From Vicugna vicugna (taxonomy: Eukaryota): DNA of 64,000 nucleotides. Under the pieces are notes generated by a model that was not told the origin of the DNA, did no database searches, and worked only from the letters and a program-made list of their open reading frames with translations. A program made the position numbers and the translations under genes. The stretch is taken from contig MU058645.1 in assembly GCA_013265495.1 (NCBI GenBank), positions 784,995-848,994 of the forward strand. Reading direction: 5' to 3'. Each line of letters begins with the position of its first letter. Positions within the stretch are counted from its first letter, which is position 1. This document shows, in pieces, positions 37,530 to 50,541 of this stretch.

Positions 37530-38780
37530 TCTGGAGGCTACGGCAGATACGTGCTTTGCGAAGATCGTGAAGCCGGGTGCTGAGACCGGCGGCCCGAGTC
37601 CGCGCGGGCCCTGCGGTCCGCTGAGCTTGTCCGCAGACAGGCTGAAGGGCTCTGAGAAGCCCTGTGCCTCAAAATAAAGTTTATTTTCATTATCTTTGAA
37701 TTAAGACCCGAAATAATGTAAATCTGCGTCAAATTCAAAGGAAATTTGTTCAGCTGTAAGGGACACTTCTTGTCTAAGTGACTAAGAGCTTGCACGGGCC
37801 ACCAAGAGGAGCCGTGGCCCTCGAAGCCCCCACCAGCGGGACCCGCCGCCGTCCCTGCTCCGCGGCCCCGACCCCGCTGGGGGCGGCCTTGAACCGCGCA
37901 CCTGTGGAGCTCCCTCCGGCCCTGCCCGCGCGCCCGCGGGGCTCCGCAGAGCAACCACAAAGCGCGCGCAAGCGTGTGTCCGCGTGCGTGCGTGTGTCCG
38001 CGTGCGTGCGTGTGTGCGCGTGTGTCCGCGTGCGTGCGTGTGTCCGCGTGCGTGCGTGCGTGTGCATGCCCACAGGCAGGAAGAAGGTGACCTGTGAGGA
38101 CCGGCTCGGTATTAAATGTCAAAGCCACGAGCAGCGCTCTGCCTTTATCAGGGGACACGGAGCATAGGATAAAGGAAACAGAGACGTAACTGCCGTCAGG
38201 CTCGGTTTATACGTTGGGTAAAATTTGCACACTTCATCGTATCTATTACCCCAGCTACGGCGATTTCCATTTCCCCAAAGCAGTAATTGAGAGTTAATTT
38301 GCAGGAAGAAGCAAAATGTCAGTATTCCCAGTCTCTTAAATGGTGTCATCGCTCTTGGCTTGTTCATTGAAAATCCTCTCTTTTGCCAGATTCCAACAAT
38401 TCAAGACAATCATCCGGGTCGCCCTTCTGGCTTAAACACCACAGCGGGACGTCCGCTCTGCTATGAGAGCCGGCCCAGCGAGGACCTCAGGAAGACCGCG
38501 GGGCAAGCCCGCGGGCAAGAGCCGTCACCACGAGCGCCTCCAGGGTCCGGACACAGATAACTCCTTCCAATGCCAGCGTGAGAGGCACGTCTTCGTAGAC
38601 CGTAGACGTTATTTGGTGTTTTTCCACGCCCCCTTAGGGCTCAGAAGAACGTTATTTGGCTGAGTCAGTCTCGACTCCTGTAGATGTTGACTGCTTTATG
38701 TGGTGTGTGCGTCCAGAAGCTGTTTGACTGGTCGGGAGCTCGAGTGAAAGCTGCGCTCTGGAACCTTTGTAGCGTGATGT
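37530..38780. promoter_or_regulatory. CpG island-like region with no recognisable linked coding gene
   Basis: About 43 CpGs in 37801-38070 by manual count; further CpG-dense stretches at 37540-37635 and 38410-38760; GC box ggggcgg near 37880. Confidence 0.7.
37972..38065. repeat. Minisatellite, 18-bp unit GCGTGCGTGCGTGTGTCC, about 5 imperfect copies
   Basis: Parsed directly; contains 15 GCGTG pentamers. Confidence 0.95.
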
Positions 38781-41281
38781 ACCATCTCCGGGATAATTCA
38801 GAAAATTCTGGACTTGGCTGCCAGTGCTACCAAAGTGGGCCTTGGAAAGGCAGTCCCCTGTTTATACCAGCAGTGCTCGTGCGTCTCCGGCAGAGTCAGG
38901 GAGACAAGTGCTCATTTGCCGCTGTGTTTTTCTGCTGTCTGCTCCTTTCAGAGGGAGAAGGATGGGAACATGGTTCCATCACACAGCCCCTCCCTCAGCC
39001 TCTGCGGAGCACACACTCCTGATCAGACTGTGTTTTGAGACAAAGAAAGAGAAAACAGTTTGTATTAAAAGAAGTGAATTTCCAGAACGTTCCTGCTTGG
39101 GGAACATTTCCTGCCCTGCGCCATCCTCCGCCTCTCCCTCCCAGTGCTCTCCTTTAAACCCCAACAGACGACTCTAATTCACTGTCTTTTCTTGCCAACT
39201 GAATGCACATTTTGCAATCCACCCACCTACAAAAGCCACTAAATGGCTGGTAGGCTTGAGATTTGCAGAATTCTTTCTTCTCACCACCGCAAATCTAGAT
39301 AGGTCTTAAGAAAACCACCTCCAGCTTTTAGTTTCATTCTTCTAATTGTCGAAGACAGTTCCATTATCGCCTCCTCTTATTTTATCTTCACAAGGTGTCT
39401 GTCCCTCTTTCAGTATCTTAGCCTCCCAGCATAAGGGAAAACTTCCCACATGAAGTGTCTTTTAACATAAAAATACAACGTAATTGTGATATCAGGTCAA
39501 CTTGATGTACAAAATCTGATTATTACACTCTTTGCAGAAGCTTTGATGCCTGGAAATCATCTTGAAGAAATTGGAAAATATTAACAAAAATCCAAGAAAA
39601 CCCAATGGATTCTAACCAGGATATGAATTGAGATCAAAGACACTGGAGGAGGGGAAACACAAAGATGGCAGGTAAATTATCTTCAGAAGGGATTAATGAG
39701 GTATCAAAAGATACTTGAATATCACACAGTGTGAGTTGTGTAAGTGCTGACTATTAATATTAACATTTTATTTGTGCGCTGTCCTTCCTTGTTCTCAAGC
39801 AGAATTCTGTGTTTCACCAAGCACAGTGTTGTCAAGTGAACAAGAAACAGAGTCTGGACTTCCTTTATGTCAAATAGAATGAATTACTTTTCTAAATGTT
39901 CCTTGGTTGTTTTACAGAGCTGACATTGCTTTTCCTCTTATTGGCTTGGATCTTGTGGATAATTTATTTAAAAGACTTAACTGGCCCCTTATGGCTGGAA
40001 TCCATTTTAATCTCTAAATTGACCACTCTTCCCAATTGAATTTTAAAATGAAGAGGCTAGATATTCCAGACTGGCATAGTGACTTCATCCAGTAACCTTG
40101 GCCTGGGGGTCTCAGCAAAGTGGTTCACAGGCGGCGTCCTTGGCCCTGTTCTCCAGGGTCAGTCCCACAGAGAGTGTCTAGCAGATATCTGAGCCCAAGT
40201 GTCCAGTCATGACATCAGTGAGACATCAGACAAGCACTCCAGTTACCCAGAGCGACATCACAGAAACCTCAAGGCAGGGAAGCGTTTAGTGACGTGAAGC
40301 AGTGTGCTAGCAACTCCAGAGAACACAGGGAGAAATCAATAGGTCCCCCGCCTCCAAACTGCTCAGTGTGTTAAGGGAATAAGACATTGCCAAGCTAATG
40401 TTCATAAATCAAAGTCTGATAAATTCTAAGTGGAAGAATAAACAAAATTGATACACAGGCAGAAAAAGAATAGTTCCAAGCAAAAGGATTGAAGACGTAT
40501 ATTTGGGGTGAGACTTTACACCCAGAACACTGGGTGCCCTGACCTTCTCACCACCTGACCCAGACCATAGACAGTTGGACACCCTGAGCTTGGAGACACC
40601 GTAACTTCTCCACCCTGGCCCAGAAAGAGGTTGCACAGCGTGGGTTTGGGTGATTTTTCACATGCACCCAAGGAAGGGTACAGAAGCCTGCCAAGGAGTA
40701 TAAAGGATAAAATCAGTTCTTTATGACCTGAGGGCTGTGGTCCATCCCCAGAGACTGGGACTCCTTCACCTCTCTACCTCCAGAGGCTTGCAAGTAAATC
40801 TTCATCTAATTCCCACACCTCAGGGGTGGGCAAGACAAACTTAGCAGAGTATCAGAATCTCTTGGTGCATTCAGTTATGAAAGACCTATTACATGGATAA
40901 TGTCTGCTTGTAATGTAATTTTACATTCTTTGTCTTTAGGTTATTTTGATGAACATAGTCTTCTGATTACAAATGTAACACATGCTGATGTATGATATTA
41001 GGAAAGTACATTAAAAGCAGAAAAACAAAATAAATTACTGCAATCCCTCCATTCAGAAATAGTCATTAATGCGGCTGTCGCATAAATGGTTTTCTTCAGG
41101 TACTGCTGGGGGTGACATTTAGCAAGTCTCCATCTCATGGTTTTCAACTTGAAAATATAGCAGGATGCCTGTGTCCATCAAGAAAAAGATTATATAGCAG
41201 ATAAAATGAAACACACAAAAAATGCTTCATTTGTGCCATATGATATTCTTACAGGCAGAAGTGTGATAACAGTATAATTCT

Positions 41282-41414
41282 TTATTTATTTTTTATTTGG
41301 GGGGGGTTATTTACTTATTTATTTATTTATTTTTTGTAATGGAGGGACTGCGGGCTGACCCCGGACCTCATGCCTGCTAAGCACACACTCTACCACTTGA
41401 GCTATCCCCCACCC
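41282..41414 (-). mobile_element. tRNA-derived SINE (Vic-1-like), more diverged copy
   Basis: taatggagggactgcgggctgaccccggacctcatgcctgctaagcacacactctaccacttgagcta with (TTTA)n tail; B box degraded. Confidence 0.8.
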
Positions 41415-42061
41415 TGAAAATTCTGAAGATATTAAAAATCAAGTAGTTCTAAAGTGATAACTAGAATCTGTAACTAGAAAGCTGTTGGGAGAGGAGAGTG
41501 AATTTCTTTGTTCTAAAGATAACCAAAGCATCTCTACCCCTGGGAGCTCCACATTAAAGGATGAATCTTCCCCCCAGAGTGTTGGAGAAGGACTGAGATC
41601 CTTCCTGTGCACAGAGCCTCAGACGGGCCCTCCTCTGCCGGAGCTGACCACCCCTCTTCTTGTTAAGTAAACTGAGTTTGGGGTGAGTAATCAGGGGAGT
41701 GCTCAGAGGAGACTTGATCCACAAGCCAAGCCTACTCAGTCCTCGGGTGGCCTGGTGAGCAAACAGTGTCCAGGAACCCTTCCTGGTACCCTGGGGCTCA
41801 GCCTGGACATTCCTGGGTTCTTCCCAGGCCTGCCTCTCAGGCCACCTCCCACAAGCCCGGAGGGGCCGAGTACCAGTGATGTGCAGAGCCCAGCTGCTGC
41901 CCGATGTCTGGTGACACATTGTCAGCAGAGCAGTGGGAGAAGTGGCCGGGCAAGGCAATCCCTTCTGTTCCCAAGAACCGCCCCCTCATATCTGACTTTC
42001 CAACTCACCCATCAAGGCAGAGCTGCTTCAGGGCAGCCAGTCACAGCCTGGGTCCTCACTG

Positions 42062-42752
42062 GGTGGGTGGGTAACTTTATGTGTCAACCTGACTAGGCCA
42101 CGGTACCCAGATGTTTGGTCAGACATGGTCTGAATGATGCTGTGAGGACACTTTTTAGATGAGATTAACATTTAAACCAGTAGCCTTTGAGTAAAGAAGG
42201 TGACTCTCCGCAGTGTTGCTGGGCCTCGGCCAAGCAGCTGATGGCCTTAAGAGAAAGACCGACCTGCCCCGGAAGAGGGAGCGCTGCCTCCGGGCGCCTT
42301 TGGACTCCAGCGGCGACATCAACTCTTTCCTGGTTTCCATCTGTTGGCCCCCCAGTGGATTCAAGCCTGGATAGCAAACCTCCTACTCTTCCTCTTCCTC
42401 CTCCTCCTCCTCTCTCTCTCTCTCTCAATATGTGTGTGTGTCTCAAATTGAAAACCATGAACTGTAACACTGTGAAGCGTAAACGTTCAGCAGGACTTGT
42501 ACGGAACATTGATGTGACAGCAAGTTTACCTTTCTGTCGGTAAAGCCTAGATTAAGACAAAAGGATGCTCGTTTCTGGGCGGAGGGCTTGCAGGTGAGTC
42601 TGTTTATTTGTTAGACTTTCACTGTACTTGACCTATATTGCACATCAGCGTGTACCACTTTTATAATCAGAAGACTATAATAAAAATAATTTTTAAAACC
42701 AAAGAACACACCCCATTGGTTCTGTTTCTCCGGGCACCCTGGACTCCTAAAC
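42062..42752 (+). mobile_element. MLT2-type ERVL LTR, split by about 260 bp of non-LTR sequence
   Basis: Start gtaactttatgtgtcaacctgactaggcca; tttagatgagattaacatttaaa; internal (CT)n(TG)n; end cccattggttctgtttctc...ccctgg. Confidence 0.8.
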
Positions 42753-45676
42753 TTCACCAGAACCAGTGTTTCCTGCCACTCACTTGTCCTCAGACCACCC
42801 TGGCACAATTCCCACTGTCCCCAGCGGAAGGACCTACAGAGTGGCTCAGAGCTGATTGGGATAAAAACCCAGTATCATTTCCATGTCATTGGTGATAAAA
42901 ATCAGGTTTATGAAGTTTGGTCGACTCCCTTCCGGTCCCAGATACATGGCTGGGGCGAGCGCCCCACAGCATCACAGGACCTTGACCATGGCAGTTGCTA
43001 CATCCACCAGGGCCAGGAACTGACTGACGGCACATGGCCTCTGCTTCCCTGCCCGTGTGCCGCTCCCCTGAGCCCACTCTGCTCCCTCTCGCTCTCCTCC
43101 ACAGCAGTGTGAGAGCCGGGGACCCCAAAGGGAAGAAATGCCGTTCTTGAAAATGCCTTCAATACTATTACTTGAGATAGTTTACAAAGGCCATCATGGA
43201 ATCTCCCTTTTGCCAGGGAGGAAAAGATTGCTGGACACCTAGAAAGATTTAATTCATGTGTTCCAGGAGGGTCTAGTTAGAGTTCTAATTGTTCCATCCC
43301 ATCCCCTGCCTCTGTCCCAGGGCACACTACCCCAGTCTAATTCTGGAGTGGAAATAAAAGTTGTAAAGAAATTCTGAGCAGAGTCACTTGGGAAGACAGA
43401 AACCATGAATATCCTTATTCCCACAGATTCAATCACTAGTGCAAGACCCACAAGGAGCTTCAAAGAGTTAAATCGGACTTTGCGCAATTAATGACCAGAA
43501 ACTCTCATTTCATGTTAATTAGTTTTAATTAAAAAAAATTTCTCTCTGCTTATCTACAAGCGCTTATTGTCAGTGTCCCAGCAATCTAATTGTTGAATTC
43601 CCTGCATCATATGCTTCACCTTTGCAGCTGAACAATAAAACGATTCTCTGAATGATGCCTGAGTGGCCCATTAGGGGCAAGAAGGAAGCTGGTAATAAGG
43701 CAGGAAGAGGGACACGAAACAGACACTGCACGTTACACGCGGAGATGACACCCAAGAGGCAAAAAATCCATTTCAGATGATCAAGGCCTCGTCAAATGTC
43801 TCATCCTAACACAGCAGAAAGCATTTCCCCAAACTTCCCAAGGTGACCGCTGCAATGTGGTCGGAGCACCAGAAATCAGGAAATTGGAGGGTTATAAATG
43901 AAACTGCTTCCACCATCCATCAAGCTCTGTGATGTCCCGCCCTTCAAGGAAACAAGGAAGGGAAGCATCTGTTTCTCGGCCTCTGGGTAGCAAAGAGCTG
44001 CTCGGGAATGTGAAAGGATGAGGAAACTCTGCTCATTTGTGGGTATGAGGCAATTCTGTCAACAACATGAAAAGGAATTGATCAGGCAACACACCGTCCC
44101 TTCCCACGGCATTCACCAGCGTTGACAAGAGACCACAAATTGACAAAAGATGCTAATTCACTTCTCCCAACAACCTAATAAACTCTCAGCCACTGTCCTA
44201 TTTTATAAACATCATTATTTGTGAAATTTGCACTCACATCCATCTGGCGGATGGGCACCGAGAGGCACCCACGCAAAACGTCTCTCCCATAATTGAGAAT
44301 GTTAACAGCCAATTTTCTCCAGCACTGCAGGACAGTGCCTGTCTTCAGGAACACAAATGCTCATCTTTGCTTCTAATCAACGCCCTCGCTCGAGGTTTAC
44401 GTGCATCCATTTTATTTCATTGTGTTTTTGAGTGTTCTGTCAACTCAGCCTTCCCAGTGGCGCTCGCTTTCCCCTGAGCACCTGAGTAATGCTTCTCACA
44501 AGGCAACAGCTGTGGGCAGACAGATCCTGTGTATTTCTGTGGAAGCTACAGTCGTCTGGAAGGTCAGTCATCAAATGGGGCTCATTTTTCACTGGAGACA
44601 AAGGCGGTGCCAAGGTCTTTTCAATTTGTATGGAATTAGGCTCGTTTTGTAGAAATGATACCATGGGCCCTGGAGCAGTTTCCTTTTAAAAAAAAATCTG
44701 CTATAAGATTTATATCTTTAAAATTTCATGAAACATTGATCAAGCAGCAAAGTTTTAATGAGAATTGTAAAACAAATGATAAAGCAAAAGTTAGGGCTGT
44801 TTGCAGAGAAAAAAATCTTTATCAAGGCAATCTTATTATTTCAAAATCTACTATTTACACTAGAATTATTATAATTAATGAGACATCAGGCCCATGAAGT
44901 TAGAGAGAGAGGTAACAAAGTGTAATAAAATAACACTTTTACTGTGTGTGTTAATTTAAGAAAATTCAAGGCAATGACATTAGCAATTTGAAGCTGTCAA
45001 TTAAGCACAGAAATGGGCTCATGATATAAATGCTGCTATGATTATAGACACCTCTTTAGGCAAGTGATTTGGTTTCATGTTGTTTTTTTTTAATTTTTTT
45101 TTTTTTTTGCTTATTCCTCTTTCTTCTTCTGTCTTTCTTCAGATAATCAATATTTACTGACTGGCAATTCTATTCATAGCTTTTTCCATGGGTCATATAA
45201 TCATGGCATATAACATATACAATATGTATGTTATGTATGTAATAATATATAATATATTCATCCAAAGTGTTTTATTTAATTAATGCTTTATAAAAATATA
45301 AAGCTTTTCTCTCCATCTGGCTTCTGTCACTTACTGCATCCTGGATTTCTTCTGTTCACTGGTCTAGAACTCCCTCCTTTTAAGAGCTGCATAGTGTCCC
45401 ATGGCATGGAAATGCTATCAAATGTTGACTCCCCAGTGTACCACCAAGCCAACCTGCTGATCAGTCCAAGCTGAGTTGAATGCTTAGTGGGGCTCAGGGA
45501 GAGCTCCAGTTGAGCAGAGCCATGGCAGCATCTCAGAGCGGGAAAGGCAAGTGAGGATACTGGTTGAGATTTTCAAGTCTGGCTTCAGGTGACTCTTTCC
45601 ATTTGGAGGGTTGGTTAGGTTGGTTAAGGATCATTAAATAATATTCTATTTCCAGTTCTTATAAAAAAGCCTTATC

Positions 45677-46430
45677 TTTTTGCAACTTTATTGGAGTATA
45701 ATTGACAGACAATAAACTGCATATCTTTAGATTGGACAGTTTGTAAGTTTTGCCACATGAATATAGTCATGAAACCAACACCACAATCAAGTTATGCATG
45801 TATCCATCACTCCCAGAAGTCTCCTCATGCTCCTTTGTAATCTTTCTCTCCCGCCCCAGCCCATGACTCCACCCTTGGAAACCACTAATCTGCTTGCTGC
45901 CACTATAGATTCTGAAGTTTAGCATAAATGAAATTACACAGTATGTACACTTGTTTCCAATATCTTTTACTTAGCTCATTATTTTGGAATTCATTTGTGT
46001 TGTATGTATCAATAGTTCATTTCCTTTATTGTTACTTGTATGGCTGTATTTGTTTATCCATTCATCTGTTGAAGAACATTTGAGCTGTTTCCAGTTTTTG
46101 GCTTTTATAAATAAAGCTGCTATTAAACATTTGTGTACAAGTCTCTATAAGGACATATGCTCTCATTCATGTTGATAAACACCTGGGAGTGGAATGGTTG
46201 GGCAATATGGTTGAAGATTGCCTTTTTAAGAAACTGCTCAAGTGTTTTCCAAAGTTGTATCATTTTTTTTTCATTCCCACCAGCAGTATGAAATTTTCAG
46301 TTTCTCTGCATCTGCACCAACACTTGCTAGTGTCAGTCTTTAATTTTATTCATCTAATAGATGGTGACACCACATTGTGGCACTAATTTTGCTTTCTTAA
46401 TGACTCATAGCACTGAACATCATCTGTTGT
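45677..46430 (-). mobile_element. L1MB-like 3' region
   Basis: actttattggagtataattgacagacaataaactgcat...ccaccacaatcaag...ttccagtttttggctttta. Confidence 0.85.
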
Positions 46431-46479
46431 AGAGAGGAATGTTCTAGGAATGCTAATCAGGTCATGTCAATTGATAGTG

Positions 46480-48550
46480 CTGCTCATGTCTACCAAAGTC
46501 ATGTCTACTGACCTTCTATTTACTTGCTCTATTAACTTTGAGAAATGGCTATTGGAATTCTCAGTTATAATTGTGGATTTGCTATTACTTCTTGCAGTTC
46601 ACATATTCTGAAGCTTTGTTATTGGGGGCATAAACATTTACAATTTTTAGGTTCTTTTGACTGATCGTCCCCTTCACCACAAGGGAAAGAAGAAATGGAC
46701 CTTCTTTACCCTAGGCAGTAGTGTTTGGTATACTTGATATTAATATGAACACTGTGGCTTTCTTTGGACTAATCTTAGCATGGGTTTTTTTTTCAATACT
46801 TGCATGTTTAATCTATTTGTGCCTTTAAATTTAAAGTGTGTTTCTTGTCAACACATATAACTGGACCTGCTTTTTTATTCAATTTGACAATCTCTGCCTT
46901 TTAACTGGGGTGTTTAAATCATTTACATTTAATGTGACTATTGATATGATTAGGGTTTAATCTATCATTTTGCTCACATCTGTTCCTTATTGTCTTTGTG
47001 CTTTCCTTTGGATTAACTGACTCTTTTTTTATGATTCTATTTTATCTCCTTTGTCGCCTCATTAGCTATTACTCTTTGTCATGTCATTTTAATGGTTGTT
47101 TTAGGGTTTACAGTAAACATCTTTAACTTACCACAGTCTATTTCCATGTAATATTGTACCACTTCATGTATAATACAAGAAACTTTAACTTTTGATTTCT
47201 AACTTAACAGTGTTTTTCTTTCAAGACTTTAAAGACTTTGCTCCACTGTTTTATCATTTGCATTGTTTCCAGTGAGAAATGTGCTGTTTTCCTATCTTTA
47301 TTCTTCTGTACAGATCAGGTCACTTTTTTTCCTGGCTACTTCTAAGATTTTCTTTTTAGCTCTGGCTTTAAGCAATTTAAATATGATGTGCCTTGGTGTG
47401 ATTTTCTTCATGTTGTGACTCTTGAATCTGTGTGTTTACAATTTTTGTTTGTTCGTTTGTTTTTATCAAAAGTGATCTTTTTTCCTCCAAATGTCTTTTC
47501 TCTTGCTCACACTCCATTGGAGATTCCATCCTAGTGTCTATTATATCACCTGAAGTTTATTCACAGTTCACTGATCCTCTTTTCATTTAAATATTTTCTC
47601 CTGTATTTTGTTTTATGTAGTTTCTATTGCTATGTCTTCTAATGCACTAATCTTCTCTTCTGCCAGGTCTAATCTGTTGTTAATTTGATCCAGTGTGTTT
47701 TTATGGCAGATGTTGCAATTTATATCTCTAAAGTTCAATTTAGGTCTTTTCTATATCTCCATGTCTCTACTTAATTCTTGAAAATATAGAATACTGTAAT
47801 AATAATTGTAATGTACTTTTCCTGCGAATTCTAGCATCTTGGCCATTTCTGTGTCAGTCTTAATTTCATGTACAGTCTCCCACTATGGATGATGTTTCCT
47901 GCTTCTTCATATTCCTGACATTGCAAATTTTATCTTGAGTGCAGAATATTTTTTTATTCCTTTAAATGTTCTTGAGCTTTGTTCTGTGATGCAGTTAAAT
48001 TTCTCACAATTTTTGTCCTTTCAGACTTTGCATATTAATGGTTTGTGAGGCATGTCTGGAGAAGTGTTCTGTCTAGGGCTGATCATTCCTGCCACTGAAG
48101 TACAATGTTTCTGAGTAGTCAATCCAGTGCCCCAGGAGTTGAGTTTTCCAGTGTGACTGATATTCATGTAGTTTCCCCACATATCTGTGCTGATCTGTAC
48201 TTTGTTGAATAATTAAAGGGGACTCTCTGTAACCTCGAGGGTTCTCTCAAGTCATAGCTTTCTGCTCTCTGGTGGTCTGTCCTCCAGCTGCTTTGATCTC
48301 CCCAGGCTCTCTGTTCCATCTATTTGACTCAGAGTCTGCTGGGCTTCTCCTCTTTGTGTCACAGTCTGGAAATGTTCTCAAGGCAATAGGCTGAGCAGTA
48401 ATATCATCATGTTTTACACCCATTTCTCAAAGATCATTGTACTTGTTACCTGATACCCAGGGTCTGAAAAAAACATCGTGTCATATATTTTGTTTTGTTT
48501 TGTTGGTTGTTTCACACAGGAGGATCAGGTTGGTTCCTGTCATTCCCAAG
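46480..48550 (-). mobile_element. Old L1M element: decayed endonuclease/ORF1/5' region
   Basis: T-rich antisense L1 phrases (ataattgtggattt, aatttgacaatctctgcctttta, gtttctattgctatgtctt) and an L1M4-like 5' terminus. Confidence 0.75.
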
Positions 48551-50265
48551 GAGGAGTGCTCTAGATGATAATTTATGACTGATGGTCACAAGAAAGCAAG
48601 AGGTTCAATGAGTAAACTGTAGTTTGATTCTTTCTATTAAGTAAGTTTTATGTCTTTCAGAAAGTTATTTGCAACTCTCTGGATGAAAGTTTCCTGGAAT
48701 AATAAAAATATGTTAATAAAGACAGAATAATAGTAAATTTATGTTCAGTTAGACAGTAAGCTACGTGGATATAGCCACAGTTTTATTCCTCCATGACTCC
48801 TTATTGCCACTCTTCAGCTTAAGCTGAAGGAGGGACCATTAAGTGTCATATCCAGGGGTACGACTAATTCACATCTTTACCACTATTTGAGGTGTCTGAT
48901 TGCATATCAGACTTTGGGACACGGTTGGGTCAACTTCCATACAATGTCAGGTTTCCCTGTTCTTTTTGCTGGATGATCACTTATTGGGGATTGAGGAACA
49001 GCAGCTGCACAGCAGCATTTAAGGCTCTGGAGGTCACACACTTGCACGCTACAACACAGACAAATTCCAAGAGAAGGACTATTACCAGATTTGTAGTCTC
49101 CTTCTCAGCAAGGATCTGAGAGTGACCGTTTTAAACCGAGAGATCACATTCTCCATCTGAAAAGCCTGCAGAACCAAATATAGGGTTATTAGCAAAATTA
49201 TGTAATGTTATGATTGATTTGTTTACATTCCAGATCATTTTATTAATATTAAAGATTCCGGCAAAGTCTTTACAGATATAAATATAACATTCTTGCCCTC
49301 TGCCTTCTTTCATGAATCTCTCAAGAAAGGATTTATTTGGCCTTAGTGGGCTTATCTATTCTGTTAGTCCTTAAATCTTGGCATGCAAGATTCTCTTTAA
49401 TTTTGTGGCCTTTTGTGAAATATAAAACATGAAATGAAGCCACTTGGAGAAAAAAACAGTCCATAATTCTTGAGTGATTAGTTTGGGTTCTTAAATCAAG
49501 GTCCAGTTTTTCTCCTTCTTCAGTTAAATTATCAAATGATCCATTTTCCTAGAAGAGAAACTGCTGGATCACAATGAATGCCAGGTACTATCATGAAAGG
49601 ATGTATCAGAATAGCACAGCAGCAAATTTCAGTCCAGTTTTCAGGTAATAGCCAGTAAGCTTTTGTGTCATAAATCTAATACCAGTCACTGGGGAACACT
49701 CAGTGATCTGTTTTTGGCCAAAATACCCCCGTGAGGCTGTCAAACAATGTCATAATGTTTTAATACCACTCACCCAAGAATAGTTCAGTGCCAGGCAACA
49801 AAATTTTTAGTATCAAAATGATTGGGTAGATCTAAAGCAGACTAAAAGTAGTGTCTTTCTTGCAAGATCTGTAAAGGAGATACAGCCTCCAAATACACAC
49901 CCTACTCCTCTTCTAGTTCTGTTTCTGTGAAAGTTCAGTTACTAAATCTGGCTCCCACAGAAGGTCCCCAAGTATTGTTCTGGTGGAAACACAAACTTCC
50001 TTTTCTAGATTTGCAAGGTAAGATTTTTTTAGTTTTCTAGCTATTGTGGTGGTTGCCAAAGAAAAAGTCACCTAATGATGATCCAGGTACCCAGGAAGCC
50101 AACTGATTAATTGCAAGAAATTAGAATCAAGAGAAGCTGAGTGGCTCCAAATGTGTAAAAACCCAACAGTCAGTTTGGTTGCATATTTTAGCAAGTGTAG
50201 CCAGATAGCAGGCCCGTAGCAAAGAGTGGCTAAAACTGCAAAGGGCAACGTTAAGAACTGAGCCT

Positions 50266-50541
50266 TCTATGCCTGTGAGTTTCTTTCTGTTTTACCAAAG
50301 GGGGAAGGGGAAGGAAGGATAAGTTAGGAGTTTGGGATTAGCAAATACACACTGTTATATATAAAATAGATAAACAATAAGGCCCTACTGTACAGCACAG
50401 GGATCTACATTCAGTATCTTGTAATAACCTATAATCAAAAAGAATATGAAAAAGAATATATATGCAGAACTGAATCACTATGCTGTGCACCGGAAACTAA
50501 CATAACATTGTAAATCAACTCTACTTCAATTAAAAGAAAAT
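50266..50541 (+). mobile_element. Short cetartiodactyl-type L1 with a 5' inversion
   Basis: 50266-50293 is antisense L1 3' UTR; 50294-50541 is sense with an A tail; TSD aagaactgagcct / aataattgagcct (11 of 13 match). Confidence 0.85.

Noticed and set aside
37972-38065. Tandem array considered as a CRISPR-like repeat
   Set aside because: Head-to-tail units with no unique spacers, no cas genes, mammalian context
37538-38158. 206-aa minus-strand ORF and overlapping ORFs in the CpG island
   Set aside because: Openness is explained by high GC and the minisatellite (HARTHADTRT repeats); no recognisable domain
45100-45145. Very long pyrimidine tract ending in CAG
   Set aside because: No downstream donor or poly(A) signal; followed by AT-rich low-complexity sequence
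49524-49584. Possible small exon (acceptors at 49523 or 49552, donor GTACTA)
   Set aside because: Weak donor; the longer form has stops in all frames and the shorter peptide is unrecognised
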